Assembly: GCA_963760795.1 (NCBI GenBank)
Contig: CAVXEP010000001.1
Coordinates: 64,001 to 128,000, forward strand
Direction of reading: 5' to 3'
DNA: 64,000 nucleotides
DNA from: an uncultured delta proteobacterium
Lineage (GTDB): Bacteria; Desulfobacterota; Binatia; UBA9968
Numbering within the stretch: position 1 is the stretch's first letter; every line of letters begins with the position of its first letter. The notes beneath the pieces are model-generated. The model was given only the letters and a program-made list of their open reading frames with translations, did not search any database and was not told the DNA's origin. This document shows positions 42,431 to 51,194 of the stretch, piece by piece. A program made the position numbers and the translations under genes.

Positions 42431-42689
42431 GGATTTGTTGTGCTTGGGAGTATTCGGCGTCATCGCCGAACTGTGGTCCCTGCCGGCAATCAATCTCAAG
42501 AGTCCGCGTTTGACTGGCCGCGGCGCGCGCCGAACTCCCTCGCAAGATACTAAACATAGGCAATTTATAGTTGCAATTGAGGCAAAAGTTAGTCACCACG
42601 ACTCGGACGGCTTTGGGCAACCGCTTCGAGATGGAGAAGCCGAGATAGTAACCACACTTGGGACAAGACCGGGCGCGATATTTGGACAT
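42420..42689 (-). CDS. Small zinc-ribbon-like protein
   Basis: CPKC...CLNC. Confidence 0.5.
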   Translation of the reverse strand: MSKYRARSCPKCGYYLGFSISKRLPKAVRVVVTNFCLNCNYKLPMFSILRGSSARAAASQTRTLEIDCRQGPQFGDDAEYSQAQQIHGQ

Positions 42690-42966
42690 GACGATATTGC
42701 TTCTGGTGATGGTACTTATTCATATCATCGGCGAATGTCAAGAAAGGGGGCTCTTCCGCTGATCGCAGTGATATTCAGTTCACCGCGCCTTGGATAGTCC
42801 GCTTTCCCACGTTGTCATCTTTTAGCTAAGGATTGCAACGAATCTTCCCAGCATTTTTATTACGTCTTTTGTTTCGCCGCTTGGCGGAGCGCCAGCAGTG
42901 TCCAGGCTGATGGCCATCGACTTTAATACCGATTGATCTTTGTATAAACAAAATCGTTAGCCACGC

Positions 42967-42992
42967 AAAAAAAGCCGGGAGACTGCTCCGGC
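42967..42992 (-). terminator. Intrinsic terminator after the GrdB-like gene
   Basis: GCCGGAG-CAGT-CTCCCGGC followed by T7 on the minus strand, just past stop 43007. Confidence 0.8.
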
Positions 42993-43006
42993 CATGCTCG
43001 TCGTAG

Positions 43007-44311
43007 TCAAACTTCGGTCGGTTTGTCAGCTTTGCTCTCCAACGACGCCAGCGCTTTTTCCATCAATGCGATGCGCCAGCGCCGTTCTTCCTCGGCGGGC
43101 AGCTCCGGCTGGCCGACCGGATAATGAAACTTATTGCCGCCGACGATTCTGCCGACGCCAACTTGCGCGGCGACGTTGGCCAGGCAGGTGATGAGCACCA
43201 CCGGGATTCCTTGTTTCTCAATTTCTTTTGCGATCGTAGCGCCGCTACGCGTGCCGGTGCCTCAGGTCGCGGTCAAGATGACGGCGTTCACACCGGAGTT
43301 CGCCAGTTCCCCGGCGATGCCGGCGCCGAGCTCAGCCATCTTGCTCGGCATCGCGCCGGTGCCGGTGGTGACGAAATAGCGCTCGTGAAGTTTTTTGAAG
43401 CGTTGGTTCTTCTCCAGCTGGCGCATCGCATCCAGCGGCACAATGCGGTCGGGATCTTCATCCACCATCGAGGTGTCGTAGCCAGTATGCATCGCTGCGA
43501 ATTCGCCGCACTTCAAATCGTCCAGCCCGGCCAGCGAATATTTGAAATAACGTGAGCCGCGCGAGCTTTCGAGCCGATCCGGATTACCCTTGGGCACGAG
43601 ACCGCCTTCGGTGACGAGAGCCACCGTGGCGTCTTTCAAGCTGCCGGTTAGATTGGGAATCATGTGCCGCGCGGTTGTGATGAGCGGGATCTCGCTTTCG
43701 TAGGTTTCGCCGTTAAGCTTGGCGAGCATGAGATCGACGGCGCGGACATAATCCGGCTTGGCGGTTCTGACGGTGAAGCGGCGTGGAATCGGCAAGCAAT
43801 GCTCGGCGCGGAAGGCTTCCGCGCCGGCTGGGTCTTGCGCTATTAACAGTTCGACCAGCGCTGAAAAGCGTTTTGCCGCCTCCGCCATGGACGCCGTGGA
43901 GGCGCCGGTTTGCACGACGAATACTTGGCGGCCGATCTCCTGTGTGCCCGGATTGTTTTCATGCATGCCGGTGATTGCCGGAATACGCCAGTTGTCGCGC
44001 ACCCAGCTGCACGCCTTGGCGCAGGCGATACCGTAGCGGCCGGCGTTGAAGGCTGGGCCGGCCAGGAAGAAATCGGGCTGAAACCGGTCGATGGCGGCGC
44101 GCATCGATTGCAGTGCTTGCTCTTCTTGTTCATGAAAGTAGTTGTCGCCGCAGGCCAGCGTTGCATACTCGACGCCGCGCTGCTGGAAACTCCTTTCGAT
44201 TTCAACTCCGATACCGACCGCCTGCGGCAAAAATATAACTTCCTGCCCGGCCTTCTCTTCGCCGCCGATGCCGGCGAAGAACTGATTCAAATAATGGAGC
44301 ACTTTGATCAT
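43007..44311 (-). CDS. Glycine/sarcosine/betaine reductase selenoprotein B-like (GrdB family), Sec350, 434 aa
   Basis: LNQFFAGIGGEEKA, CGDNYF, AGPAFNAGRYG, GGLVPKGNPD; VILTAT-TGA(43262-43264)-GTGTRSGATIAKEIEKQGIPVV continues in frame to 43007. Confidence 0.93.
43235..43249 (-). promoter_or_regulatory. Candidate SECIS hairpin of the GrdB-like gene
   Basis: mRNA CGUAGC-GGC-GCUACG, a perfect 6-bp stem beginning 12 nt after the UGA. Confidence 0.75.
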
Positions 44312-44322
44312 GTCGTTCCTCT

Positions 44323-45612
44323 CTAGTTTTCATAGACCGCGCGAAAGCCGCTCATGCCCATTTTGCTGTAGGAACCGAAGAAAATCGTCGGGTCGAAGAG
44401 AAAAGGTTCACGCGCGTCATGGCGCGCTTTCAAGTGGAGGTCGATCTCAGGCCCGCCGATGACACTTTCCAGTGGTGGAATATAAATCTTCTCCGAAACA
44501 TTACCGCGGCTGATCATGCCATCGGCCTCTGCCGGATGATCGACCAGCGGCCGCTCGTAGCCCTTGGGTCCGTTGGATTCATGCAACACCGCGGCGGTCT
44601 TGATGCCTTCATCTTCGCATGCTTTCACGGTTTGCATGAAATCGACGGTGCCGTTGCCGGTGCCTTCCATGAAAGCCAGCGCGCCGTCGGCGCCCAAATT
44701 TTTTGCCAGCCGCGCCACCCACAGGCCCATTTTCTTTTTCTGCTCGAAGCTGTCGTTATAACCGCGCGAAAGAATCACACCGCGAAAGTTTATGCCCCTG
44801 CCGTGGCGGTTGAGCAATTCCCATATAAACGGATTGTCGCAATGCAGCGACGTCGGCACCTTGCGTTCGCTCTTAAAGTTGCCGCTGACCAGCGCGCCGT
44901 CGAAAAATTCCGCCGGATGGACGAATGTCGGCAGCGTCCGTGAGATTTCTTCGCCATAGTAAAATGTCCGGGCGCAGCGCACTTGGCTTTGTACTTGGTA
45001 GATCAAGACGACTTTGGGCAGACTCGCGTCTGACCGCAGTGAGCGCAATCCTGTGGCGCTGCGGGCGCGGCGTGGTGCTTTTCCGCTTGCGGCAATAAAG
45101 CGCGCGCAGCGCAGCGCCATGAGCCGGAGCGCTTGATCGAAGCCGGCATTGGAGACCGACGCATCGGCAGTTAGCGATAGCACCAGATGAAAACAATCCG
45201 AGCCGTAGGAGTATGGGGCGCCGACGCCGGTCATGTCGAGAATCCCCTCGCGCTGTTTCTCGATGGGAGTCAATTCGTCGAAATGAGGGAAGCGGCCGGC
45301 GACGGTGATGAGCAGGTTGCGAATTCGCACTGTCTGTCCCGTTCCCACGAGAGCTGCGGGACCGTCGAATCCCGGAAAAGTCGAGCCGCCACCGGAGAGT
45401 TTGGCGATCGGCAGGACCGTGTCGAGCACATGGACGATGCGCTTGGCTTCGCCGGGACGAGCGAGTTCGAAATCAACCCCGATGCCGTGACTAAGGTCGT
45501 CGATTTGCTTTTCAAGCTCGGCCCGGCAGAGCGAGAGGGCGGCGCCGTCAAGCCGCGTGCGCTCGCCCCATCCGAGATCTCCGATTGAATAATCGAGCAG
45601 TTCCAGTTCCAT
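44323..45612 (-). CDS. Glycine/sarcosine/betaine reductase component B partner subunit (GrdE/GrdI family)
   Basis: MELEL start; ELARPGE, REGILDMTG.GA.YS, LPKVVLIYQVQSQ, HPAEFFDGALVSGN, LGADGA, EG.GN; ends 11 nt upstream of the GrdB-like gene. Confidence 0.88.
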   Translation of the reverse strand: MELELLDYSIGDLGWGERTRLDGAALSLCRAELEKQIDDLSHGIGVDFELARPGEAKRIVHVLDTVLPIAKLSGGGSTFPGFDGPAALVGTGQTVRIRNLLITVAGRFPHFDELTPIEKQREGILDMTGVGAPYSYGSDCFHLVLSLTADASVSNAGFDQALRLMALRCARFIAASGKAPRRARSATGLRSLRSDASLPKVVLIYQVQSQVRCARTFYYGEEISRTLPTFVHPAEFFDGALVSGNFKSERKVPTSLHCDNPFIWELLNRHGRGINFRGVILSRGYNDSFEQKKKMGLWVARLAKNLGADGALAFMEGTGNGTVDFMQTVKACEDEGIKTAAVLHESNGPKGYERPLVDHPAEADGMISRGNVSEKIYIPPLESVIGGPEIDLHLKARHDAREPFLFDPTIFFGSYSKMGMSGFRAVYEN

Positions 45613-45725
45613 CGCGCGATCCTTTCGACAAACGGAACGCTCGATGTTTATCGCGGCAGCAAGCTTGGTGTCAATGCAGTTCGAATCACTCCGATGCGGG
45701 TGCCGCAATGCCAGCAGGGTATTTC

Positions 45726-47054
45726 TTAAAATCGCGCGTCGACCCATTTCGCCACGTAGTCGAAAAAGTTTTTCACCGAATTGGAATATTGCCCCTTGGT
45801 TTTCTCGCACTCCGTGCATGGCGTGATGCCGTGGGTGGCGCCTTCGATGGTGATGAAGTCCTTATCCTTGCTCCTGGCGACCTCGTAGTGGATCTCATTG
45901 TCGCGGATAAAGTAATGGCCGCCCATGGCGCCGAAGAGGACCGGCACGGAAATCTGTTGCAGGGCGCAGACGGTGGAGTTGTTGCTCGAGCAATGGTCGA
46001 TGCCGTCGAGCGAATTGGTCGCGCGCACGGCATTGGCGCTCAAGAACGAGCGCACGGTGAGAAACAGCGTGCCGCCGTCGAAGGTAGAGTTCTGCTTGGC
46101 AATATCGGGCACGGCTACGCGCACACTGTCGAGCATGCAGCAATCGTCGATACTGCCGTCGTTTTTGAGCAGCCGGCGCGGCGCGCTGGTGCTGCGCAGA
46201 ATGCTCAGGTCGAGCTGAAAGAGTTTGGCGGCGTCACCGCGGGGCACGATGAACGGCGCGTCGTCTTTCGGGTTTGCACTCGCTTCGATGCGGCGGAGTT
46301 TTTCCACTGCCAAGTCGATCAGCCGGTTCATGCGCTTGGCCTGTCCCTCGAAGTAGGTTTTTTTGAACGCCTCAGAATAGTGCGATGGACCGTTGGGGTT
46401 GTAGCCGTTCTTGGCATCGAAGGGGTCCAACTTCGGGTCGATCTTGGGCGCTTTGTTTTCGTTGATCATCGCGGCGTCGTTGATGACCGCGGGATTTAGA
46501 TTTCTCACCCCGGCGATGACCGGATTGCCTGGGTGGGCATCGCGAAAAATAATCCCGTCCGCCGGCGGCAATCCGGCGAGCTCGTTGCCGCACTTCAAAA
46601 TTCGCTGCGGCGCCTGGCAGTAGGCGACGCCGTTTTCGGCGACGGCTTGATAAAAACTCATGGTCGGCCCGCCGCCGCTGCCGCCGAGCAGCAAGACTTT
46701 GGCGATGCCGGCTTGCTTGCGCAGGAAGTTGACGCCGGATTTCACATCGAGAGCGATCTGGTCCCACTTCACCATGGCTTCGTTGTTGTCCGAGCGCGGA
46801 TTTAAGCACAGCACCATGTAGCCGCGCTTGGCGAGTTCAGTGCATGCAAGACTGCCCATAACGTTGCCAGTGCGATGCACGACCAAGATGCCCACCCGGG
46901 CGGCCGGCAATGGCGGATCGGGTTTGTACAGCGCGCCTTTTACCGCGGGTGGCGCGAACTGGATGTAGGTCGGATTACTTTGCGCGTGGGCGCGCTGAAC
47001 GGCGACAGACGCGATGAGTGTGAAAAAAATCATTTGAAACCGGCGCATGTTCAC
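45726..47054 (-). CDS. Secreted alpha/beta-hydrolase-fold protein
   Basis: Signal peptide ending AHA; GGSGGG nucleophile elbow; IEGATHG C-terminal His. Confidence 0.75.
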   Translation of the reverse strand: MNMRRFQMIFFTLIASVAVQRAHAQSNPTYIQFAPPAVKGALYKPDPPLPAARVGILVVHRTGNVMGSLACTELAKRGYMVLCLNPRSDNNEAMVKWDQIALDVKSGVNFLRKQAGIAKVLLLGGSGGGPTMSFYQAVAENGVAYCQAPQRILKCGNELAGLPPADGIIFRDAHPGNPVIAGVRNLNPAVINDAAMINENKAPKIDPKLDPFDAKNGYNPNGPSHYSEAFKKTYFEGQAKRMNRLIDLAVEKLRRIEASANPKDDAPFIVPRGDAAKLFQLDLSILRSTSAPRRLLKNDGSIDDCCMLDSVRVAVPDIAKQNSTFDGGTLFLTVRSFLSANAVRATNSLDGIDHCSSNNSTVCALQQISVPVLFGAMGGHYFIRDNEIHYEVARSKDKDFITIEGATHGITPCTECEKTKGQYSNSVKNFFDYVAKWVDARF

Positions 47055-47210
47055 TTCCTTCCTGTGGTTGGTGCGGTCAACTTAGATGGAAACAGGAATC
47101 GGAACAAGAAAAATTTTGCGTATGCGCACAGCGAGGCAACGGCTGCTTGCTCAGTAATCTTGCTGCAGCCGGAGTATGAGTACCCTCTTAGCAAAATTCA
47201 GGGGAAAAAT

Positions 47211-47268
47211 GGAGCGCGGGCTTTCTAGCCCGCGTTGCTGATTTTGCGGACAGGGATGTCCGCGCTCC
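47211..47268. repeat. GGAG-type REP-like element
   Basis: GGAGCGCGGGCTTTCTAGCCCGCG...GCGGACAGGGATGTCCGCGCTCC; homolog of 7467-7521. Confidence 0.75.
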
Positions 47269-47336
47269 TCTTTAGCGCCATTCGGCGCTGGAGCGGAAGG
47301 TGTCGCAGCTACAATGCGATTTCGCCGAGGATGTAG

Positions 47337-48821
47337 TTACTGCTCCGGCGATGCCGGGAAAATCAAAGACTTGATGACCACCGGCACGGCGCCGGAGGAT
47401 TGAATGAGCGCGCCGACATCGATGAAGTCGAAGTCGCTAAGCGCAATGCCGTCGATGGAGATGATCGCGCTGTCCAACTTCAGCTCTTCCTGGCAGTGCA
47501 GGCCGATGATGCCGCCGATGTCGCCGTCGTTGACCAAAACCAGCGGATGGCCTTTGGCGAGAATGTCTTTGAGACCTTCGGCCACGCCGCTGCAAAACGC
47601 TTGCAGCCGCGCGAAGGTCGCTGAGCCTTCCCAATGAAATGCTACGGCGACCGGCTGGCGGCCGTGCAGCATATCGAGGCGCCGCAGCGCGCTGAGCAAT
47701 CCGTCGCGCACGGCATCCTTGGTGAATTCTTCCTGACCCAGCGGGAACTCGGGCGCAACCACGGCGATGTTGCGCACCGGCACGGCGTCGTCAGGCATGA
47801 TGAAGATGGTGTTGCCGCTCACTTGCACGGTGTATTGAGACGCGCCGATGACGGTGGCGCGGATGCGCGCGTTGGGTTCCATCATCAGCAGGCCCAAGTT
47901 GCCGGCGCGTTTGTGCACTTCCTCGGCGATCAGCGGCCCCAGGTCGCCAAAGCTGGTCTTGGCGCGACTGTAAATAAATTCCGAGACGCCGCCGGAAAAC
48001 ATCACGCAATCGATCTCGCCGGTGTAGCTTAGCGGCGGCATGCGCAACAAGCTCTTGAAACCGTCGTCGATGGCCGATGGTTTCAACATGGCGAACAGCT
48101 TGTCGACCATGCCGGAGACCATTTTGCGTAAATTCTCTTCGGGAATTTTCTCGCCCATGGCCACCGAGAAGCCGGCCCAGCCAGCATGCTTGCGGGCGGC
48201 TTCTTCGATGCGCACGATGACACCGTCTTTGTCGAAGGCGAGCAGGCGGGCGCCGATGTCGATGGCCGATACTTCCTGGACTTTACCGTTGTTGCAGATC
48301 GCGAACTTGCTGGTGCCGCCGCCGATGTCGATGTTCAAAACTACGCCACCCATTTTCGCCGAGTGGGCTACCGCGCCCGAACCATGGGCAGCCATGGTCG
48401 CCTCAAGGCCGTCGCCGGCGCTGACCGCGACGAACTTACCGGCTTCCTGGGCGAACAGCTCGCCGATGGCGCGGGCATTGCGCCGACGCACGGCAACGCC
48501 GGTGAGGATCAATGCGCCGGTGTCGACCTGTTCGCGGCTAATTTTCGCGATCTTATATTGGTCGTTGATGAACTTGCCCAATGCTTCGACATCGATTCTC
48601 GTGTCATCGACGTAGGGCGTCAGGAGGATTTGCGATTCATTTATAACCTCGCGCTTGGTCACCCGGTAGCGCGACCCTTCGAGGGTCAGTTCGAGGCGAG
48701 AGAAAACCAGATGGGAGGTCGACGATCCAATGTCGACGCCGACGCTGGTGAGCCGTAGGTTTTCTTCATCCTGCATGTGGCGGTTGGCATTGGAAAACGA
48801 ACCTCTAGGTGCGGTGGCCAT
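47337..48821 (-). CDS. EutA-like reactivating factor (ASKHA ATPase)
   Basis: SVGVDIGSSTSHLVFSRL, GALILTG, LNIDIGGGT, FSGGVSE, IRATVIGASQYT, VPVVIKSLIF. Confidence 0.9.
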   Translation of the reverse strand: MATAPRGSFSNANRHMQDEENLRLTSVGVDIGSSTSHLVFSRLELTLEGSRYRVTKREVINESQILLTPYVDDTRIDVEALGKFINDQYKIAKISREQVDTGALILTGVAVRRRNARAIGELFAQEAGKFVAVSAGDGLEATMAAHGSGAVAHSAKMGGVVLNIDIGGGTSKFAICNNGKVQEVSAIDIGARLLAFDKDGVIVRIEEAARKHAGWAGFSVAMGEKIPEENLRKMVSGMVDKLFAMLKPSAIDDGFKSLLRMPPLSYTGEIDCVMFSGGVSEFIYSRAKTSFGDLGPLIAEEVHKRAGNLGLLMMEPNARIRATVIGASQYTVQVSGNTIFIMPDDAVPVRNIAVVAPEFPLGQEEFTKDAVRDGLLSALRRLDMLHGRQPVAVAFHWEGSATFARLQAFCSGVAEGLKDILAKGHPLVLVNDGDIGGIIGLHCQEELKLDSAIISIDGIALSDFDFIDVGALIQSSGAVPVVIKSLIFPASPEQ

Positions 48822-48917
48822 GGAAATCCTTACGGGTTTAAATTGGTTCGGCGTCGAGAGTCTAGAGTCTGGCGTCAAGCCAAACCCTAGACCCCAGGCG
48901 CTGGATGCGAGACGAAT

Positions 48918-50114
48918 TTAGTAAGAGTTCTTGTAAAGATCGGGTTCCATGCGCGATTTGGCGCCGACCTTTTCGAGGGTTTCCTCGAATTCTTTACGCA
49001 GGTACGGATCTTCTTCGTTGTACGGGATCGCGGTGCCGCCGTCTTTCAAGTCGATGGCGCCGTAGTCGATGCCCTTTTCGCCGGGCTTGCCGCGATCGCG
49101 CCCAGGCGCGTTGGGACCGAACCAGGCCGTGAGACGCAGCGGCTCTTTGCTGGCGCCAAAGTGAGCGTGGAACCAATTGCCGCTCATCGGCGCGGCGCTG
49201 ACCATGCCCACCGGTTCATAGTCCTGTCGTCTAATTTTTTCCGTCGTGCCTTTTTCCCAGGGGTGCATGCCTAATTCTGACGGCCAGGTGTAGGTATATC
49301 CTTTGCCGCTGAGGCAAATTAGCACGGCGGCGGAGCCATGCGCATGCGCCTTCGAGTAACGGCCGGTTTCATGCTGGCCGATCCACATGTAGAATTGCTG
49401 GCCAGCCATGTGCGGCTCGATACGCCGGTAACCCGGCGAGCGCCGGTTATCCATCGGCAATTCGCAGGACATCACGTCGGGAATGATGTTGGTCTGGCGC
49501 ATGGCGAGACCGCGCAGCGGATCGGGTGTCACTTCTTCTTTGTACTTGTAATAATCGTCGCTCGGATCGAAACGATCTTTGAAGTGATAGGGGCAATTGA
49601 AAATAAAATCGTCGTTGCCGAAATTATTCATAACGTTCGGCGCCGTGGTGCCGCCCAATAAGAGCGCCGGGCTGGAAGTCGCGTTAACAATTCGGTGGGT
49701 CGCGTTCATTGGAATGGCAAACATCGAACCTTTTTGCCACTCGAAGGTGATCTTCTTCGGATTGCCGTCGATCCACACTTCCGTGGTGCCGCGGCCGTCG
49801 ACGACGAGGTATTGTTCTTCGTACAAATGCTTTTCGGGATTCAACGCGCCGGCGCCGGGAACCTCAACAACGTAGCAGCCCCACAAACCTTCGGTGCCCA
49901 GTAGCTGAATAAAGGTGCCGTTGCCGCCCATGCGTTTCCACGGCTTGCGCGGCAAATCCTGTACGCGGCGCACGCCGATGTCACGATAGATCGGAATACC
50001 CTGCGACTCCATGTAGTTGTCGTAAGGCGTGTTTGGCCGGAGAAATTTTCCATAGCCTGCCCGGGTCTTATTATCCGTCGGTTCCTGAAATGCTTGCTCA
50101 GCGGGATGATCCAT
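48918..50114 (-). CDS. Bicupin protein
   Basis: Two cupin modules (EKHLYEE...PMNATH; KAHAH...WFHAH); GGAGG RBS. Confidence 0.85.
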   Translation of the reverse strand: MDHPAEQAFQEPTDNKTRAGYGKFLRPNTPYDNYMESQGIPIYRDIGVRRVQDLPRKPWKRMGGNGTFIQLLGTEGLWGCYVVEVPGAGALNPEKHLYEEQYLVVDGRGTTEVWIDGNPKKITFEWQKGSMFAIPMNATHRIVNATSSPALLLGGTTAPNVMNNFGNDDFIFNCPYHFKDRFDPSDDYYKYKEEVTPDPLRGLAMRQTNIIPDVMSCELPMDNRRSPGYRRIEPHMAGQQFYMWIGQHETGRYSKAHAHGSAAVLICLSGKGYTYTWPSELGMHPWEKGTTEKIRRQDYEPVGMVSAAPMSGNWFHAHFGASKEPLRLTAWFGPNAPGRDRGKPGEKGIDYGAIDLKDGGTAIPYNEEDPYLRKEFEETLEKVGAKSRMEPDLYKNSY

Positions 50115-50340
50115 AATGCCTCCTTAAGAAATTGTTGGTTGTTTGACTCTGCGACTTGGCACGAGAAAAAAATGCTCAAGCAAGCCCAGGCGAATTACCC
50201 GATCAACTTATAGTCTAGCGAAATCGGAGTCAAATAGCCCTTGCGAATGACCTCGAATTTTAGCGGCTAAGCATATTTCCGATTGTCACTAGAGCGAACT
50301 ACATGGCAGGTAGACTCCAAATGCCGCCCAAGTCCATCGG

Positions 50341-50559
50341 TTAGGCCGAGTCAGTTTGTACGATACCTGGCAACTTACTCAGCGTAAGCTTTTTGAGATC
50401 TACTTTTAGGCTGGCATTGTCGATGTCTATCCCTACCAAATTGCCCGCGCTGTCGTAGTCGAGAACGACGCCTTCCGAAATCTCTCGGCTTTCGGTACTT
50501 GGGCGCTCCGAGAGATCGATATACAGCGAGTCCGTATCGGCGTAGTAGTTGAGTTTCAT
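50341..50559 (-). CDS. DUF2283-like small protein
   Basis: YYADTDSLYI, GVVLDYD..GNLVGIDI. Confidence 0.85.
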   Translation of the reverse strand: MKLNYYADTDSLYIDLSERPSTESREISEGVVLDYDSAGNLVGIDIDNASLKVDLKKLTLSKLPGIVQTDSA

Positions 50560-50798
50560 GGTTTAAATCCTCGATCCGGAAAAGCGTTGTGAATAGTGAC
50601 CTTGTCCTCTAAAGTGATGACTCTCAGAACTCTTCCCTCTAGCTCGTCGATTCTACCCCAAAACCGATAACGGTTCATCTCCTGAGGTTCACTTCTTAAC
50701 GGCCCCTCTACAACTCGTATGCACCATTCCTTTTTCAAATACGAACGCTTGCGTAGAACCTCTCTCTCGAAATATTCCGTGAAGAGGTATTGCACCAC
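50556..50798 (-). CDS. Small hypothetical protein (DUF4258/RelE-like), coupled to the DUF2283 gene
   Basis: RYRFWG, RVLRV, IHNAFPDR; 4-nt overlap with the downstream gene; lower GC. Confidence 0.7.
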   Translation of the reverse strand: MVQYLFTEYFEREVLRKRSYLKKEWCIRVVEGPLRSEPQEMNRYRFWGRIDELEGRVLRVITLEDKVTIHNAFPDRGFKP

Positions 50799-51194
50799 GC
50801 GAGGAAGGATAGCCTGTTTTTAACGCTAGAACCAGACTTTTAATCAGCGCGTGTTTTTTGTTAACAGCAGAACGGTCGGGTGAGGTCGGCGCGGTGGCGG
50901 GTCATGTCTTGCATTGCGATAATGTGTGATTGCAAGATCTGGCCCAGTTCTCTTTCTCTATACGTTGAACCGCTAGATAGGCGGCATTATTTGAGCACGG
51001 GACATTTCCAGACGTTGGCTGCCTCCTCCGAAAAGTGCATGGCGAAGAACGGTTCGAGGATTCTCGTCTTAAGATGCCAAAGATAATTCACCCAGAGCCC
51101 ACAGATGGGTTATGAAATGAATTATCCTCTGTGGTAAAAACAATTTTTCTTTCAGATGGGCGAGCGCCGCTCGTCCCCTACGCCAGACTTGGCG

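Noticed and set aside
43007-45612. Pseudogene with a premature stop, or a canonical Stickland glycine reductase
   Set aside because: The TGA is at the family Sec position with a hairpin and an intact tail; the canonical Cys residues and grdA/C/D are missing from the window.
50157-50175. TGGCACG sigma54-like site near the bicupin gene
   Set aside because: Wrong spacing to the TGC and wrong orientation for the minus-strand gene.
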